Of a stretch of DNA of 64,000 nucleotides, positions 49,160-61,563 are shown one piece after another (position 1 is the first letter of the stretch; each line of letters begins with the position of its first letter). Source of the DNA: Octopus vulgaris (taxonomy: Eukaryota). Under the pieces are notes generated by a model. It saw only the letters and a list, made by a program, of their open reading frames with translations, was not told where the DNA came from and made no database searches. The stretch spans positions 11,718,001-11,782,000 of the forward strand of contig OX597826.1 of assembly GCA_951406725.2 (NCBI GenBank), written 5' to 3'. Made by a program: the position numbers and the translations under genes.

Positions 49160-51010
49160 GGGAAAGCCCCTGAGCCATCAGGAATCACTGCTGAGATGAT
49201 TAAAATTTCTGGTGGTGTAGGATACAGCTTAGTCACCTTTAGAGTTAATCCGGTTAATCAGGAAGGCACCATCCCCAGTGGCTGGTGTAGTAGTATTATA
49301 GTCAGCTGCTACAAAGGTAAAGGTGATGGGGAGGCGCGTGGCTAAGTGGTTAGAGTGTTGAACTCATGATCGTATGGTTGTGGTTTCGATTCCTGGACCG
49401 GGTGATGCGTTGTGTTCTTGAGCAAAACACTCCATTTTCACGTTGCTCCAGTCCACTCAGCTGGCAAAAATGAGTAACACTGTGATGGACCAACGTCCCG
49501 TCCAGGTGGGAAATTTCTACGCCACTGAAACCAGGAAACCGGCCCTTATGAACCTGGCATGGCTCGAGGAAGAACATAAAAAAAAAAATAAAGGTGATGC
49601 CTTAAATAGAAACAACTACAGAGGTATTAAACTGCTAGACCAAGTCATGGAAGTTACTGAGATGGTTATAAGCTCAGTTGATTAGGAATAGAATTAAACT
49701 AGATGAGATGCAGTTTGGTTTTGTACCTGGGAAGAGTACCACAGATGTCATCTTGCTAGTGAGACAGCTGCAGGAAAAATACTTGGCCAGAAGTAAGCCA
49801 TTGTACTTAGCCTTTGTTAACCTGGAGAAAGCTTTTGACAGAGATCCCCCGCTCTGTTATATGGTGGTCTCTAAGGAAGTTAGGAGTCAAGAAGTGGCTT
49901 GTTAGAGCTGTACAAGCCATGTGTGTGGTGCTGTCAGTAAGATGAGAGTTGGCTGTGAATACAGTGATGAATTTAGTGTACAGGTAGGGATTCTCCATGG
50001 CTCAGTTCTCAGCCCACTCTTATTCATTATAGTCCTCCAGGTCATATCAGAGGAATTCAAAACTGGATGCCCATGGGAACTGCTGTATGCTGATGACCTT
50101 GCTCTTATTACAGAATCTTGAGCAGAATTGGAGAAAAAGTTTCAGGTATGGAATCAAAGGGCCTTAAAGTTAGCCAAAGTTGTTGTTAGTAAGAAAGACA
50201 AAAAAATTCCCCTTCCTTCAGGTAAATTGCTCTGCTCAATATGTAGGAAAAGAGTTGGAAGAAATTCCATTCGCTGCACCAAGTGTAAATTACGGACACC
50301 GTGGCACTTTGGGCAAGTGTCTTCTGCTATAGCCCCGGGCCGACCAAAGCCTTCTGACTGAATTTGGTAGGCTGAAGTTACTGCCATGTGTGTATATGTG
50401 CGTGTAGGTGCTTGTGCCTCTTTGAAAGAGAGAGAGAGAGGGATAAGAGGCGCAGTGGAACCACAGGTAAATTAACAGATAAAGTAGTTTGTGTATGTGG
50501 CAGGTGTGCACTAAGAGCACATGGGACTTAGATTCTCTCAAATGTCCAGGAGGCTCTCTTGAGGTTGTAGATAGTTTCTTTCACCTAGATGACCAAATTA
50601 GCAATGGTGGAGTATGCTCTGAAAGTATTGCTTCTAGAATAAGAATAGGGTGGAAGAAGTTCAGAGAGCTACTACCTCTGTCAGAAACAAAAGGACTCTC
50701 TCTCAGAGTGAAAGGTAGACTGTATGATGCTTGTGTGTGAATGGCTATACTCCATGGTAGTGAGACATGGGCTCTGAATGCAGAAGACATGCATAGACTG
50801 GAGAGAAATGAAGGTAGTATGCTCTGTTGGATGTGCAACATCAGTGCACATGTACAGCAAAGTGCAAAAGTATTGAGAGAAAAGTTGGGCATAAGAGGAA
50901 TCAAATGTAGCATGCAAGAGAGATGACGATGTGGGTTTGGACATGTGATGCGTATGAATGAGGACAGCTGCATAAATGAAGTGCCTATCACTGAATGCGG
51001 ATGGTAACCA
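49160..51010 (+). mobile_element. Decayed RTE-clade LINE RT region in intron 1
   Basis: KAPEPSGITAEMIK, NYRGIKLLDQVM, QFGFVPGKSTTD, LEKAFDR, HGSVLSPLLF, LLYADD, HGSETWAL, with frameshifts. Confidence 0.88.
49329..49588 (+). mobile_element. tRNA-derived SINE with poly(A) tail and 11-bp TSD, inside the RTE
   Basis: TAAAGGTGATG at 49318-49328 and 49589-49599. Confidence 0.85.
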
Positions 51011-51847
51011 TATATCTCCTTTGTGGCAGCACACCTGTTTTTTCATCATTCCTGATCTCTCTCTCTCTGGTCAGGTAACCTTGTACCTTCTCTACAACAA
51101 TACACCTGTTTCTGTCTCTGTTTCATCATCTGACACAAGATCACCTCCTCTCCCCTCAGAAGACTCTTTTTGTCTTGCAAGGTACTTGGTGACCCTGTGC
51201 CACTTAAAAAGCATCCAGTCCACATTGTAAAGGGGTCAGCATCCTGCTGAAGCAGCCATGTATCTTGTCTATTGCTAGACCCCTATTTCTGTTCCTCTAT
51301 TCATACTCTAACTGCCCATCACTTGGTATAAAGTCAACTCCCTCAGTACTGCTCCCACCTCAGTAGAGGGACCCTGTCTTGTAAGTTATTTGGTGATCTC
51401 ACTGCTGTTAGTGCCATGTAAAAAGTACCAATTACATTCTGTAAAATGATTGATGTTAAGAAGGGCATGCTAGTACAAGCTGTAGAGCTTGATGCAGTCC
51501 TCTGACTTGCTAGCTCCTGTCAAAACATCCAATCCGTACCAGCATGGAAGGAGCATGTGAAATGATTTTGATGAATATGATGGTCTTCTTTCACTTTCTA
51601 TCAAATCCACTGACAACATTTTGGTCTGCCTGAGCCTATAGCAGAAGACACTTGCTCAAGGTACTATGCAGTAGCACTTCTTAAGCCAAGACTTCACCAC
51701 ACAGCTATGCTAGCACCTATACTAATTGATGGAGTAAGTTACAGTATCAATAATGTAGTTTATTTTCATAAAATAAATTCACGAAATGAAGTTTTGTTTA
51801 GATGAAGGAAAGTAAAATGGTAAGAGATGCACAGGTTGATGATATAC

Positions 51848-52330
51848 ATCATCATCATCATCGTTTAATGTTGACTTTCCATGCTAGCATGGGTTGGATG
51901 ATTTGACTGAGGTCTGGCGAACCAGATGGCTGCCCCAGACTCCATTCTGATCTGGTGGAGTTTCTACAGCTGGATGCCCTTCCTAATGCCAACCACTCCA
52001 AGAATGTAGTAGGTGTTTTTACATGCCACCGGCACGAGGACTAGTCAGGCGGTACTGGCAACGGCCACACTCAAATGGTGCTTTTTATGTGCCACCTGCA
52101 CAGGAGCCAGTCCAGCGGCACTGGCAACGACCTCGCTTGAATGTTTTTTCATGTACCACCAGCACAAGTGCTAGTAAGGAAACGCAGGTAATGACCACGC
52201 TCGAATGGTGTTTTTAATGTGCCATCGGCACAGAGGCCGGCTTGTTGCTCTGGCAATGATCACGCTTGTATGGTACTCTTAGTGCTCCACTAGCACAGAT
52301 GCCAGTCATCAAATTTGATTTCGATTTCAC
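51848..52330 (-). mobile_element. Repeat with RTE-type (GAT)n 3' tail
   Basis: Reverse complement of 52780-53086 (CCAACCCATGCTAGCA-GGAAA...GATGATGAT). Confidence 0.7.
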
Positions 52331-52732
52331 TTGCCTCCACTGTAAATTTTTCATTGCCATGTGGTTTATTATATTAAGATTTTTCAATTTAGAATGAATT
52401 ATAGGACAAGTTATTGTTTTGTATGAGACTAGCAAGTTCAGATTCTATGCTGTACTAGGGAAACATAAAATTGGAGAGCTTCTTGCAAGATGTTGCATGA
52501 ACACAACTTATGACATCTGATCATGATCCTCTCAAATATACAACCTGAAAGTTGGTTAGAGGATTGGGCTCTGTAATGGTGGCACAGTTGGTAATATATT
52601 GAGCAGTAATTAATGTTGATTAACGACGGAGTTCAGTATCTATCAATCAGCTCTGACATTGCGTTTTATCCCGCTGTTGGCCTACTTTATGCAGTTCAAT
52701 AGACAACAGCTCCAGTGGCATCATCTGTGTAT

Positions 52733-53224
52733 GTATGAGAGAGTGCTGAAAAGTTTCTGACTTTGGGTGATTTTATCGAACGCTGTGCTGGCGGCACGTA
52801 TAAAGCACCATCCGAATGTGGCCGATGCCAGCGCCGCCTTGACTGGCTTCCGTGCCGGTGGCATGTAAAAAGCACCAACCGATTGTGGCCACTGCCAGCC
52901 TCCCCTGGCACATAAAAAGCACCCACTACACTCACGGAGTGGTTGGTGTTAGGAAGGGCATCCAGCTGTAGAAACTCTGCCAGATCAGACTGGAGCCTGG
53001 TGCAGCCCCTGGCTTCCCAGACCCCGGTTGAACCGTCCAACCCATGCTAGCACGGAAAACGGACGTTAAACGATGATGATGATGATTTCCCTTGCAGATT
53101 CACATATTTATTGCTGCAGTCTTTCAGTTTTTCTGAGCCCTGTAAAAGAACTTGGAAGGTCGGTCCTCCAACCAGGCCTTTCATGACACCCTTAAAACCA
53201 GGAACTTTTCAGTACCCCCTCGTA
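52733..53224. mobile_element. Mariner-type MITE interrupted by a (GAT)n-tailed repeat (about 52770-53086, + strand)
   Basis: TIR-like TATGAGAGAGTGCTGAAAAGTT and AACTTTTCAGTACCCCCTCGTA. Confidence 0.65.
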
Positions 53225-53897
53225 TAGTGGGACATATTTGAGCTTTGTACAACATCCTTTACATAACAAAATTAAATTATTTCTAGAAACATCCAGACTA
53301 GGAAAATGTGTCAGACTTTATTTTTCCCAATTAAAATAGTCACTAAGTAACAAACTAAGCTACTGTTGATACCTTAACACTAAAAAATACAGCAAAAAGA
53401 ATTTTAAATTCATATGCTTTAAGTTAATAACTTTGTTGAAATTGTATTTTACTTTAACAGTTTCAAAATTTTTTTTTATTAAAAAGTAAAGCGGAATTAA
53501 GTGTGACATAATTAAATGTGTTAAAAGCCATTTAGAGAGGCTTATCAGTATATAAACCTTAGTTTATTTGCAGTAAGCTTCTTAAGATATTAGTTTCCTA
53601 CCACATATATCAAACAATACAATAAATCCAATTTATTTTTTTCTAGTAGGCTGTTGCATTTATAATTTCAGTTAGGCTATGAGCAACAGAATAATGTATT
53701 TGTCAAATTTAGACTATTTATATAAGTTGTGTAAGAGAGTAGACTCTCTGACAAATTTCAAATTGATTTTTTTAGATCTAAGATCTTTATTTACCACTTT
53801 TGGAATCATATTTCTTATAAGACACCTATGTACTTCAATTAATTTTAAAAACAAAGGATTTGATTAGATTTAGTAAAATAACTAGATATTATCTAAG

Positions 53898-54295
53898 GGA
53901 GTCAGCTGGCAGAATCTTTAGCATGCCAGGCAAAATGATGCTAGGCATTTTGCCTATCTTTACGCTCTGAGTTGATAAAATAAGTACCAGTATAAGACTG
54001 GGGTCAATGTAATTGACTTATCCTCTCCCCCCAAATTGCTGGCTTTGTGCGAAAATTTGAAATCACTATTAAGTTACTGTAAGGTGGTGAGCTAGCAGAA
54101 TCATTTGCATGCTGAGCAAAAAGCTTTTCAGTATTGCGTTCGTCTCTTTGTTCTGAGTTCAAATTTTGCTGAGGTCCATTTTGCGTCTCATCCTTTTAGA
54201 AGCAATAAAATAAATACCAGTTGAGCACCGGGGTTAGATTGACTTATCCCCTGCCCTGAAATTGCTGGCCTTGTGCCAAAATTTGAAATCCGTAT
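53898..54295 (+). mobile_element. Two decayed SINE family C-like copies with the alternative tail
   Basis: GAGCTGGCAGAATC heads, AAGTACCAG body, tail AAATTGCTGGCCTTGTGCCAAAATTTGAAATC. Confidence 0.7.
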
Positions 54296-54416
54296 TAAGT
54301 TGCTGTCTTACTTAAAATTATATTGAAATATAATTAAAATAAAAAATCTAAATGAGAGGTTGTATAACAACCAGAAGCAGTCACAAAAGTGCTAAATATG
54401 TTATATATATATATAT

Positions 54417-54800
54417 GCGCAGGAGTGGCTGTGTGGTAAGTAGCTTGCTTACCAACCACATGGTTCCGGGTTCAATCCCACTGTGTGGCACCTTGGGCAA
54501 GTGTCTTCTACTATAGCCTCGGGCTGACCAAAGCCTTGTGAGTGGATTTGGTAGAAACTGAAAGAAGCCCACCGTATATGTATATGTGTGTGTATGTTTG
54601 TGTGTCTGTGTTTGTCCTCCAAACATCGCTTGACAACCGATGCTGGTGTGTTTACGTCGCCGTAACTTAGCGGTTCGGCAAAAGAGACCGATAGAATAAG
54701 TACTATGCTTCCAAAGAATAAGTCCTGGGGTCGATTTGGTTGACTAAAAGGCGGTGCTCCAGCATGGCCGCAGTCAAAATGACTGAAACAAGTGAAAAAT
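54417..54800 (+). mobile_element. SINE family B copy in intron 1
   Basis: Matches 38551-38926. Confidence 0.88.
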
Positions 54801-54928
54801 AAAAAAAAAAAAAGAGATATACTTCCTTTAGAATTTCTTTTGCTTGACTCTGGCAGCAACAAAATGCCTGCCTTAGATATGGACTTTGTCATTTCACTAC
54901 ATTGAAAAAATATGTAATATTTGAAGAA

Positions 54929-55462
54929 TCTCTCTATATATAAACGGCAAAATGTCTGTCAGTGTGTGTGCGTGTCCTTTATACAAATCCACAGTTTTTC
55001 AGTTAGAGGGCTCGCACTTTCTATGGTCATTCAAAACCGTCCAAGGGTGGTCGTGCACATCTTTACATTTCCCGTGATATTTTTGTGAATTTTCTATCCA
55101 AAACCCAATCAAAATGCCTGAAACTTAATACGCCAATTGAATGCCAGCTAGCTGTATGTGATTGGTTGGAGATTTGGACAGTACTCAAGTGTATGTGCGC
55201 ACGCACGCAGCTGTATATGCATGCACTAGCACTATGATCTGGCGTTGCCGAAGTGAAACCAAGTCTACTCAGTGAGGTACCTTTTGAAAGGTCACCTGAT
55301 GAGGCATCTGCACCAAAGAAGGCACCACAAAGATGTGCATGACCACCCTTGTACGGTTTTGAATGACCATAGAAAGTGCAAGGCCTCTAACTGAAAAATT
55401 GTGGATTTGTATAAAGGATACACACACACACGCAGACAGACATTTTGCCGTTTATATATATA
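54929..55462. mobile_element. Helitron copy (54929-55250) plus an inverted 5'-end copy (55329-55462), forming a foldback
   Basis: Same sequence as 56536-56893; ~130-bp inverted arms. Confidence 0.75.
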
Positions 55463-55725
55463 ATTTTATTTGCTTGTAGCTGGTTGCATACAGTGTTTCA
55501 TGGTTTGGAATGACTTGGAATGGAGCACAGTTTATTTTTTTTATATAGATAATGGACCTACTTATAGTTAATCATAAATAAAATGCATATATCAAAAAAA
55601 CATAAAAAAAAACATTAAGATAATTATTCAATGAGTAGGTAAGGACTTGAATGAATCAGGTATTTAAATGATAGGCACCAGGTTGGGGTGAACTTGTAAA
55701 TGACACCTTACAAGTAAAGTATTCC

Positions 55726-55956
55726 TGTTTCTTTATTACCCACAAGGGGCTAAACATAGAGGGGACAAACAAGGACAGACAAAGGGATTAAGTGGATTAA
55801 TTCGACCCCAGTGCGTAACTGGTACTTAATTTATCGACCTCGAAAGGATGAAAGGCAAAGTCGACCTCGGCGGAATTTGAACTCAGAACGTAACGGCAGA
55901 CGAAATACCGCTAAATATTTCGCCCGGCATGCTAACGATTCTGCCAGCTCGCCGCC
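55726..55956 (-). mobile_element. SINE family C copy with 17-bp TSD
   Basis: TACAAGTAAAGTATTCC at 55709-55725 and 55959-55975. Confidence 0.92.
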
Positions 55957-56535
55957 TATACAAGTAAAGTATTCCGTCTCTCCATCAGGAGTGATCACTT
56001 TTGCTCTGATGTTCTCATACAGCTTACTTATTGCTCTCAGAATTCTCGGTGGAATGCTTTAAGTATCTTCATCATCATTCCTCTATGTACCGAATCAAAA
56101 GTAAATGACACCTTTAGTTGAATAAGTATCACGTGTACCAAAGTACATCCAGTAAAAAATTTCAGCTTGTGTTTGCAGAGAATTTAACCCTTATGAATAT
56201 TTTAAGAGCCTACATTGTGTTTATTGTATTCCAGCAGACATTTTTGAATAGATTAATTAGAACATTACATTAGATTAATTAGTACATTACATGATAACTA
56301 AAAAAAGACAAAAAAAATTCTTCAGATGATACAAAACATTTCTAACAATATAAGAACAATATTTGACCACAGTGTTGTTCCTACAGTGTTTGGAATGTTA
56401 TTTATCATCTGCAGAAAATGGGTTTTTTTTTTTAGTTCTGCTGTAATATACTCATTAATCTATTTAAAATATCTGCTAGAAACAGCTATAATGAAGTGAC
56501 ACTTATCCTTCGTTTGTTATTTATTTGTGCATATA

Positions 56536-56893
56536 TCTCTCTATATATATATACGGCAAAATGTATGTTTGTGTGTGTGTGTCCTTTATACAAATCCACA
56601 ATTTTTCAGTTAGGGATCTCGCACTTTCTATGGTCATTCAAAACCGTCCAAGGGTGGTCATGCACATCTTTACATTTCCCCAGTCATCCCGCAAAGCCAT
56701 TAAAAAATCAATAGAAGTGAATTTTGTGAATTTTCTATCAAAATGCCCAAAACTTGATACGCCAATTGAATGCCAGCTAGCTGTATGTGATTGGTCGGAG
56801 ATTTGGACAGTACTTGCGTGTATGTGCGCACGCACGCAGCTGTATATGCATGCACTAGCACTATGACCTGGCGTTGCCGGGTCATAGTGCTAG
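56536..56893 (+). mobile_element. Complete non-autonomous Helitron
   Basis: A|TC 5' end, CTAG|T 3' end, GC-rich terminal hairpin, no TSD. Confidence 0.82.
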
Positions 56894-57207
56894 TCATATA
56901 TTATGTATGGGTCATATATTATGTATGGAAGCCTGTTAATATATATAACAGGCTTCCATACAATTTCTGCCTAGCAGTTTTACTTATAAGGCATTTGCCA
57001 GCCCGTGGCTCTGTAGAAGACAGCCAAGGTGCTGTACAGTGGGCCTGAACCTGAAGCCACATGGTTGGCCAGCAAACTTGTTATCCACAAAACTGTGTCT
57101 TTGGATTTGCCATTGTTTCTTATTCCTTCAGTAGGGATTGAACTACCAACAAAATGCTTTGTGTGTTTTTTAAAAACAATAACCTATTTATTTTCTGTTT
57201 GTTTTAG

Positions 57208-57254
57208 TTGTGACTGGATCTACAGATGGAATTGGTAAAGCCTATGCAGAAGAA
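57208..57254 (+). CDS. HSD17B12: HSD17B12-like exon 2 (VTGSTDGIGKAYAEE; Rossmann TGxxxGxG)
   Basis: tttgttttag| acceptor, |gtaagt donor, 47 nt. Confidence 0.9.
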
Positions 57255-57321
57255 GTAAGTGTATGCGTCTTGCTCTATGAACTAAATACCATTTTGTTTT
57301 CCTTCCACTCTTTTTCTCATT

Positions 57322-57583
57322 GTTAGTTAGTTAGTTAGTTTTTTGGCTCAAAAAGCAAAAAGCAAGGCCATGTAGGGGGACATGGAGTTATGTACAGGGT
57401 GGTGTTCATGTAAAAGTTCAGGCCACTTGAGGTCAAGGGAGACTTTGAACAAAGCGGTCGTTGGCATCTTCACCATCTCGTCTGGCAGCTTGTTCCACGG
57501 ATCCGCAACCCGGACGGAGAAAGCCCCTCTCCTTCGATTGAGATGAAATCGTCGCAGATAGAGCTTTTCGGAATGACCCCGCA
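57322..57583 (-). mobile_element. Short 3' copy of the CR1 family at 29889-32248, (TAAC)n tail
   Basis: Nearly identical by eye to 29889-30153. Confidence 0.9.
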
Positions 57584-58714
57584 TTGTGTTATGATGCATG
57601 CTGTTTTTGTTTTCATTAATGTTGGTATGTTGAGTTTCTTTTAGATTAAATACATATGGTGTTACCTTACATATATATATATATATAATCATCATCATCA
57701 TTTAACGTCCGCTTTCCATGCTAGCATGGGTTGGACGATTTGATTCCAAACACACAAGCCAGAACAAAATATGTAAGACATTCAGTCCAGTGTTTCTGCC
57801 ATTCCACTAATCCTCCATCTGAGATCGGTAGTTGCTTTAATCAACCTTTAACCCTTTAATCAACCTCTAACCCTAGCCATACCTGGCCCCCAAATATTCT
57901 TGTTCTATGTCCAAACCAGTCAGATATGGCCTTTCACAACCACCTAAAAATGTCATTCTGAAAATAAGCAATCATGTCATTGAAATCTCAAAGCTATGAG
58001 ATAACGAATGATTAATTGAAAATGTCATTAAATAAGCATTATATATGACAAAGTAATCGAAATGCTTAACGAGTTAAAGGATAAAAAGCAAAATGGACTC
58101 CAGAAAGACTTGAACTCAGAGCACAGTATCAAAGGAGTACCACAAGGCATCCTATCTGACACTCTAACAACTTCACCAAACGGCTGTGTATGTATGTATA
58201 TGTATGTATGTGTATATACATATACACAAACATACACAAATGTTCCTTTACTTTTTAGATTAACTTTTCCATTAATTATACAGTGAAGTATCTATAGATA
58301 AACTAAACATATCGTGTTCCACCGTTGTATACACTCAGTCTGAAATGTAGAGTCATGAAATATTTCAACTGCCGAGGAAAGTGGAGGGAAAATAAAACCA
58401 TTATCTTATGATTTATCTTAACAACCGAACAATGTTGTTTGCTTTAGAATACAAGTCTATCAGTCAGATAACATTGCTATCATATTACTTGGAGTTATTG
58501 ATCATTTCCTTCGTTACTTGGCCAAACACGAACTACCAAATCTTTTTTCTTTTTTTTTTTTTGTTACAGCAGGTTAGGGGAAGTAAAGGCTTACTCAACT
58601 AATAAATCCAATTTTATACAGACTCTTTCAGGTACCTGTGATGAGTGAATTATAAACTTCGTATTTTGTGCAAAAAATGAAGATCTTAGCCTATTTCTTC
58701 AGAAACACATTCTT

Positions 58715-59080
58715 TTACTTGTTTCAGGCATTTGACTGTGGCCATGCTGCAGCACCACCTTAAAGGGCTTTTAGTCAAATTGACCCCAGGACTTTTTTGC
58801 AAGCCTAGTATTTACTCTATCAGTCTCTTTTGCCAAACTGCTAAGTTACAAGGACATAAACAAACCAACATCAGTTGTCAAGTGATGGCGGGAGTGGGAC
58901 AAACATAAAGGCACACACATAAATCTATACATATATATATATATACAACGGGCTTCTTTCAGTTTCCATCTACCAAATCCACTCACAAGGTTTTGGTCAG
59001 CCTGAGGCTATAGAAGACACTTAGCAAAGGCACCACACAGTAGGACTGAACCCAGACCCACATGGCTGTAAAGCAAGCTT
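58715..59080 (-). mobile_element. CpG-decayed SINE family B copy in intron 2
   Basis: Matches the family B consensus with many CG>TG/CA changes. Confidence 0.8.
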
Positions 59081-59400
59081 ATAATAATAATAATGAAATT
59101 ATTGTATACAGTGCTCAGGTGCACCACAACCTGTCAAAAGTGCATATAAAGCATATGCATTAATGTACAAATGTCTGGGAAGTGAACAATGTATGAGCCA
59201 GATACATGCTTGTGTGTGTATGGAGGGGAGAAAATCAGGTGTAGTGTTGGCGAATCTCAGGAAGCATGGAAGTTTTGAAGGATGCAGTGCTCCGGCAACT
59301 AACAACTGATGCTGGCAGTTTGTTCCATGCTTCAGCAACTCTTGGCATGAAAAAATGTTTCCGAAAGTCATGGGAGCTGTGCTGTTTTCTGACTTTGTGT
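59081..59400 (-). mobile_element. CR1-like 3' fragment with (TAA)n tail
   Basis: RKHFFMPRVAEAWNKLPASVVSCRSTASFK; inverted partner at 60180-60390. Confidence 0.8.
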
Positions 59401-60179
59401 CTGGCTATTTGTATGTATATGTGTGTGTATATACTTGAATGTATGATTGTAAATATGATAATGAGTTTAATTTCCATTGGTTTTACCAGTGAAGACTTTA
59501 CCTTCATATAATGTATTTTAATTATTTTGCAACTGCTACTTACATTGATTTTTCAAAAGGTGAGGTGTTCTGGGTATTTTTACATACGCGCTATTACCTT
59601 TTTTTTTCCTGATAATTTGCTCAAATTTAATTAGGAATCGAACTAAGAAAACTTATGCAATTCATGTTTGTATGAAAAAAAAAAGAAAAAGAAAACACTT
59701 ATTCATGGGACATAACTCTGCCTTCAGTTAATTTCTCTTACCTGCCGTATTTAAATATCTGCATATGTCAGTGCCCTAAATTGTCTGTTTTATGAATATT
59801 TTTCTTACCAGACCATCAGATGTTTTTACACATCGCTGGTCACAATGCGTTCGCATTGTTTTAGCCTTTGAATGAATCCACCCCGCTTGCTAAGCGAGAA
59901 GGCCAACAGAAGAAAGAGTGGTGAAAGAGTACAGCAGGGATCACCACCCCCTGCCAGAGCCTCGTGGAGCTTTTAGGTGTTTTCGCTCAATAAACACACA
60001 CAACGCCCGGTTTGGGAATCGAAACCGCGATCCTCCGACAACGAGTCCGCTGCCCTAACCGCTGGGCCATTGCGCCTCCGTTTTATTAATATAATAATTT
60101 GAAACACCTAATGTACATTCAAGTCCTACTTTACTGGGATGAGTAGTTATGTCTTATTTATTTCTGTAGTAAATATTTG

Positions 60180-60390
60180 GACTGCTGCGTCCTTCAAAAC
60201 TTCCATGCTTCCTGAGATTCGCCAACACTACACCTGATTTTCTCCCCTTCATACACACACAAGCATGTATCTGGCTCATACATTGTTCACTTCCTAGATA
60301 TTTGTACATTACTGCATATGCTTTATATGCACTTTTGACAAGTTGTGGTGCACCTGAGCACTGTATACAATTTCATTATTATTATTATTA
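60180..60390 (+). mobile_element. Second CR1-like 3' fragment, inverted to 59081-59290
   Basis: CCTTCAAAACTTCCATGCTTCCTGAGATTCGCCAACACTACACCTG...CACCTGAGCACTGTATACAAT(TAT)n. Confidence 0.8.
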
Positions 60391-60412
60391 AGAACCTGAT
60401 AGTTGTTTAAAT

Positions 60413-60726
60413 TAGTGCTACTCAAAGTGGTGGTCCATGGACTGGTGCCGGTCCATGAGCCATCACCTGCTGGTACATGGCGAATTTCCAAAAATGAAAA
60501 AATATAAAATGCATATGTAATATTGTATTATATGTTTACAAAATGAATATAAGATAAAAAGAAAATTGTCAACTTTTATTATATTCATTATATATATATA
60601 TATATATTGTTTCCGGTATAAATTGATATTACTAAGAAATATTACTGCTCCCTGGTACATTTGAAAAAAAAGAAAAAAAAAAAAAAACTGCCGCTATGCT
60701 ACATCAGTTAGTTTGAGAAACAACTG
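60413..60726. mobile_element. hAT-like MITE, decayed
   Basis: Termini TAGTGCTACTCAAAGTG / AGTTTGAGAAACAACTG. Confidence 0.5.
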
Positions 60727-61199
60727 TTTAAAATAACTGAATGGTACTGAGAGCACTTTTAAAATATAAATTTAGCTCTCAAACCAAACTTTATTCTAAT
60801 ATTTTCTTACTGGTTTCAATCAATGATTCCACTAACTCAAACAGAATCAAATGAAATACTCATGAATATTTTATCTTCCAAAATGTGGTTAATTCTCTAA
60901 AAAGTATAATCTTATTAATAATAGTTCATCTCATTTAAAGTTTGGAATAACAATTTGCTTTAAAATACACCTTAACTTATGTTGTTTTAACAGCTATGTC
61001 TAATTGATTTTTAGTAGGTTTAAATTATTTATATCTAAGTTAATAAAATAATTAATTATTTTGGATGAGATTTTTTTTGTTGTTAAGTTTTGATTCGTTT
61101 TATTTAAAAAGGTTTATATTTTTAAAATTCTGTTTGTAGTCAGTCATAGCTATGGCTATCCTGGCACACAATCTTCAAAATCAATTATATGAATACTTT

Positions 61200-61563
61200 T
61201 TCACTTGTTTCAGTCATTTGACTGGGCCATGCTGAAGCACCGCCTTTAATCGAGCAAATCGACTCCAGGACTTATTCTATTGGTCACTTACAGGGATGTA
61301 AACACACCAACATCGGTTGTCAAGCAATGTTGGGGGTCAGACGCAGACACACAAACATATACACACATGCATACATATATATATACACACACACTTACAT
61401 ATATACAACGAGGTTCGTTTCAGTTTCCGTCTACCAAATCCACTCACAAGGCTTTGGTCGGCCCGAGGCTATAGTAGAAGACACTTGCCTGAGGTGCCCC
61501 ACCGTGGGACTGAACCCGGAACCATGTAGTTTGTAAGCAAGCTACTTACCACACAGCCATTCC
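61200..61563 (-). mobile_element. SINE family B copy in intron 2
   Basis: Reverse complement of the family B consensus. Confidence 0.85.

Noticed and set aside
53679-53867. 62-aa ORF as an alternative first exon
   Set aside because: No GxWA motif and no suitable donor in phase with exon 2.
55295-55320. CTGATGAGGC as a hammerhead core
   Set aside because: No matching GAAA, helix III or cleavage triplet downstream.
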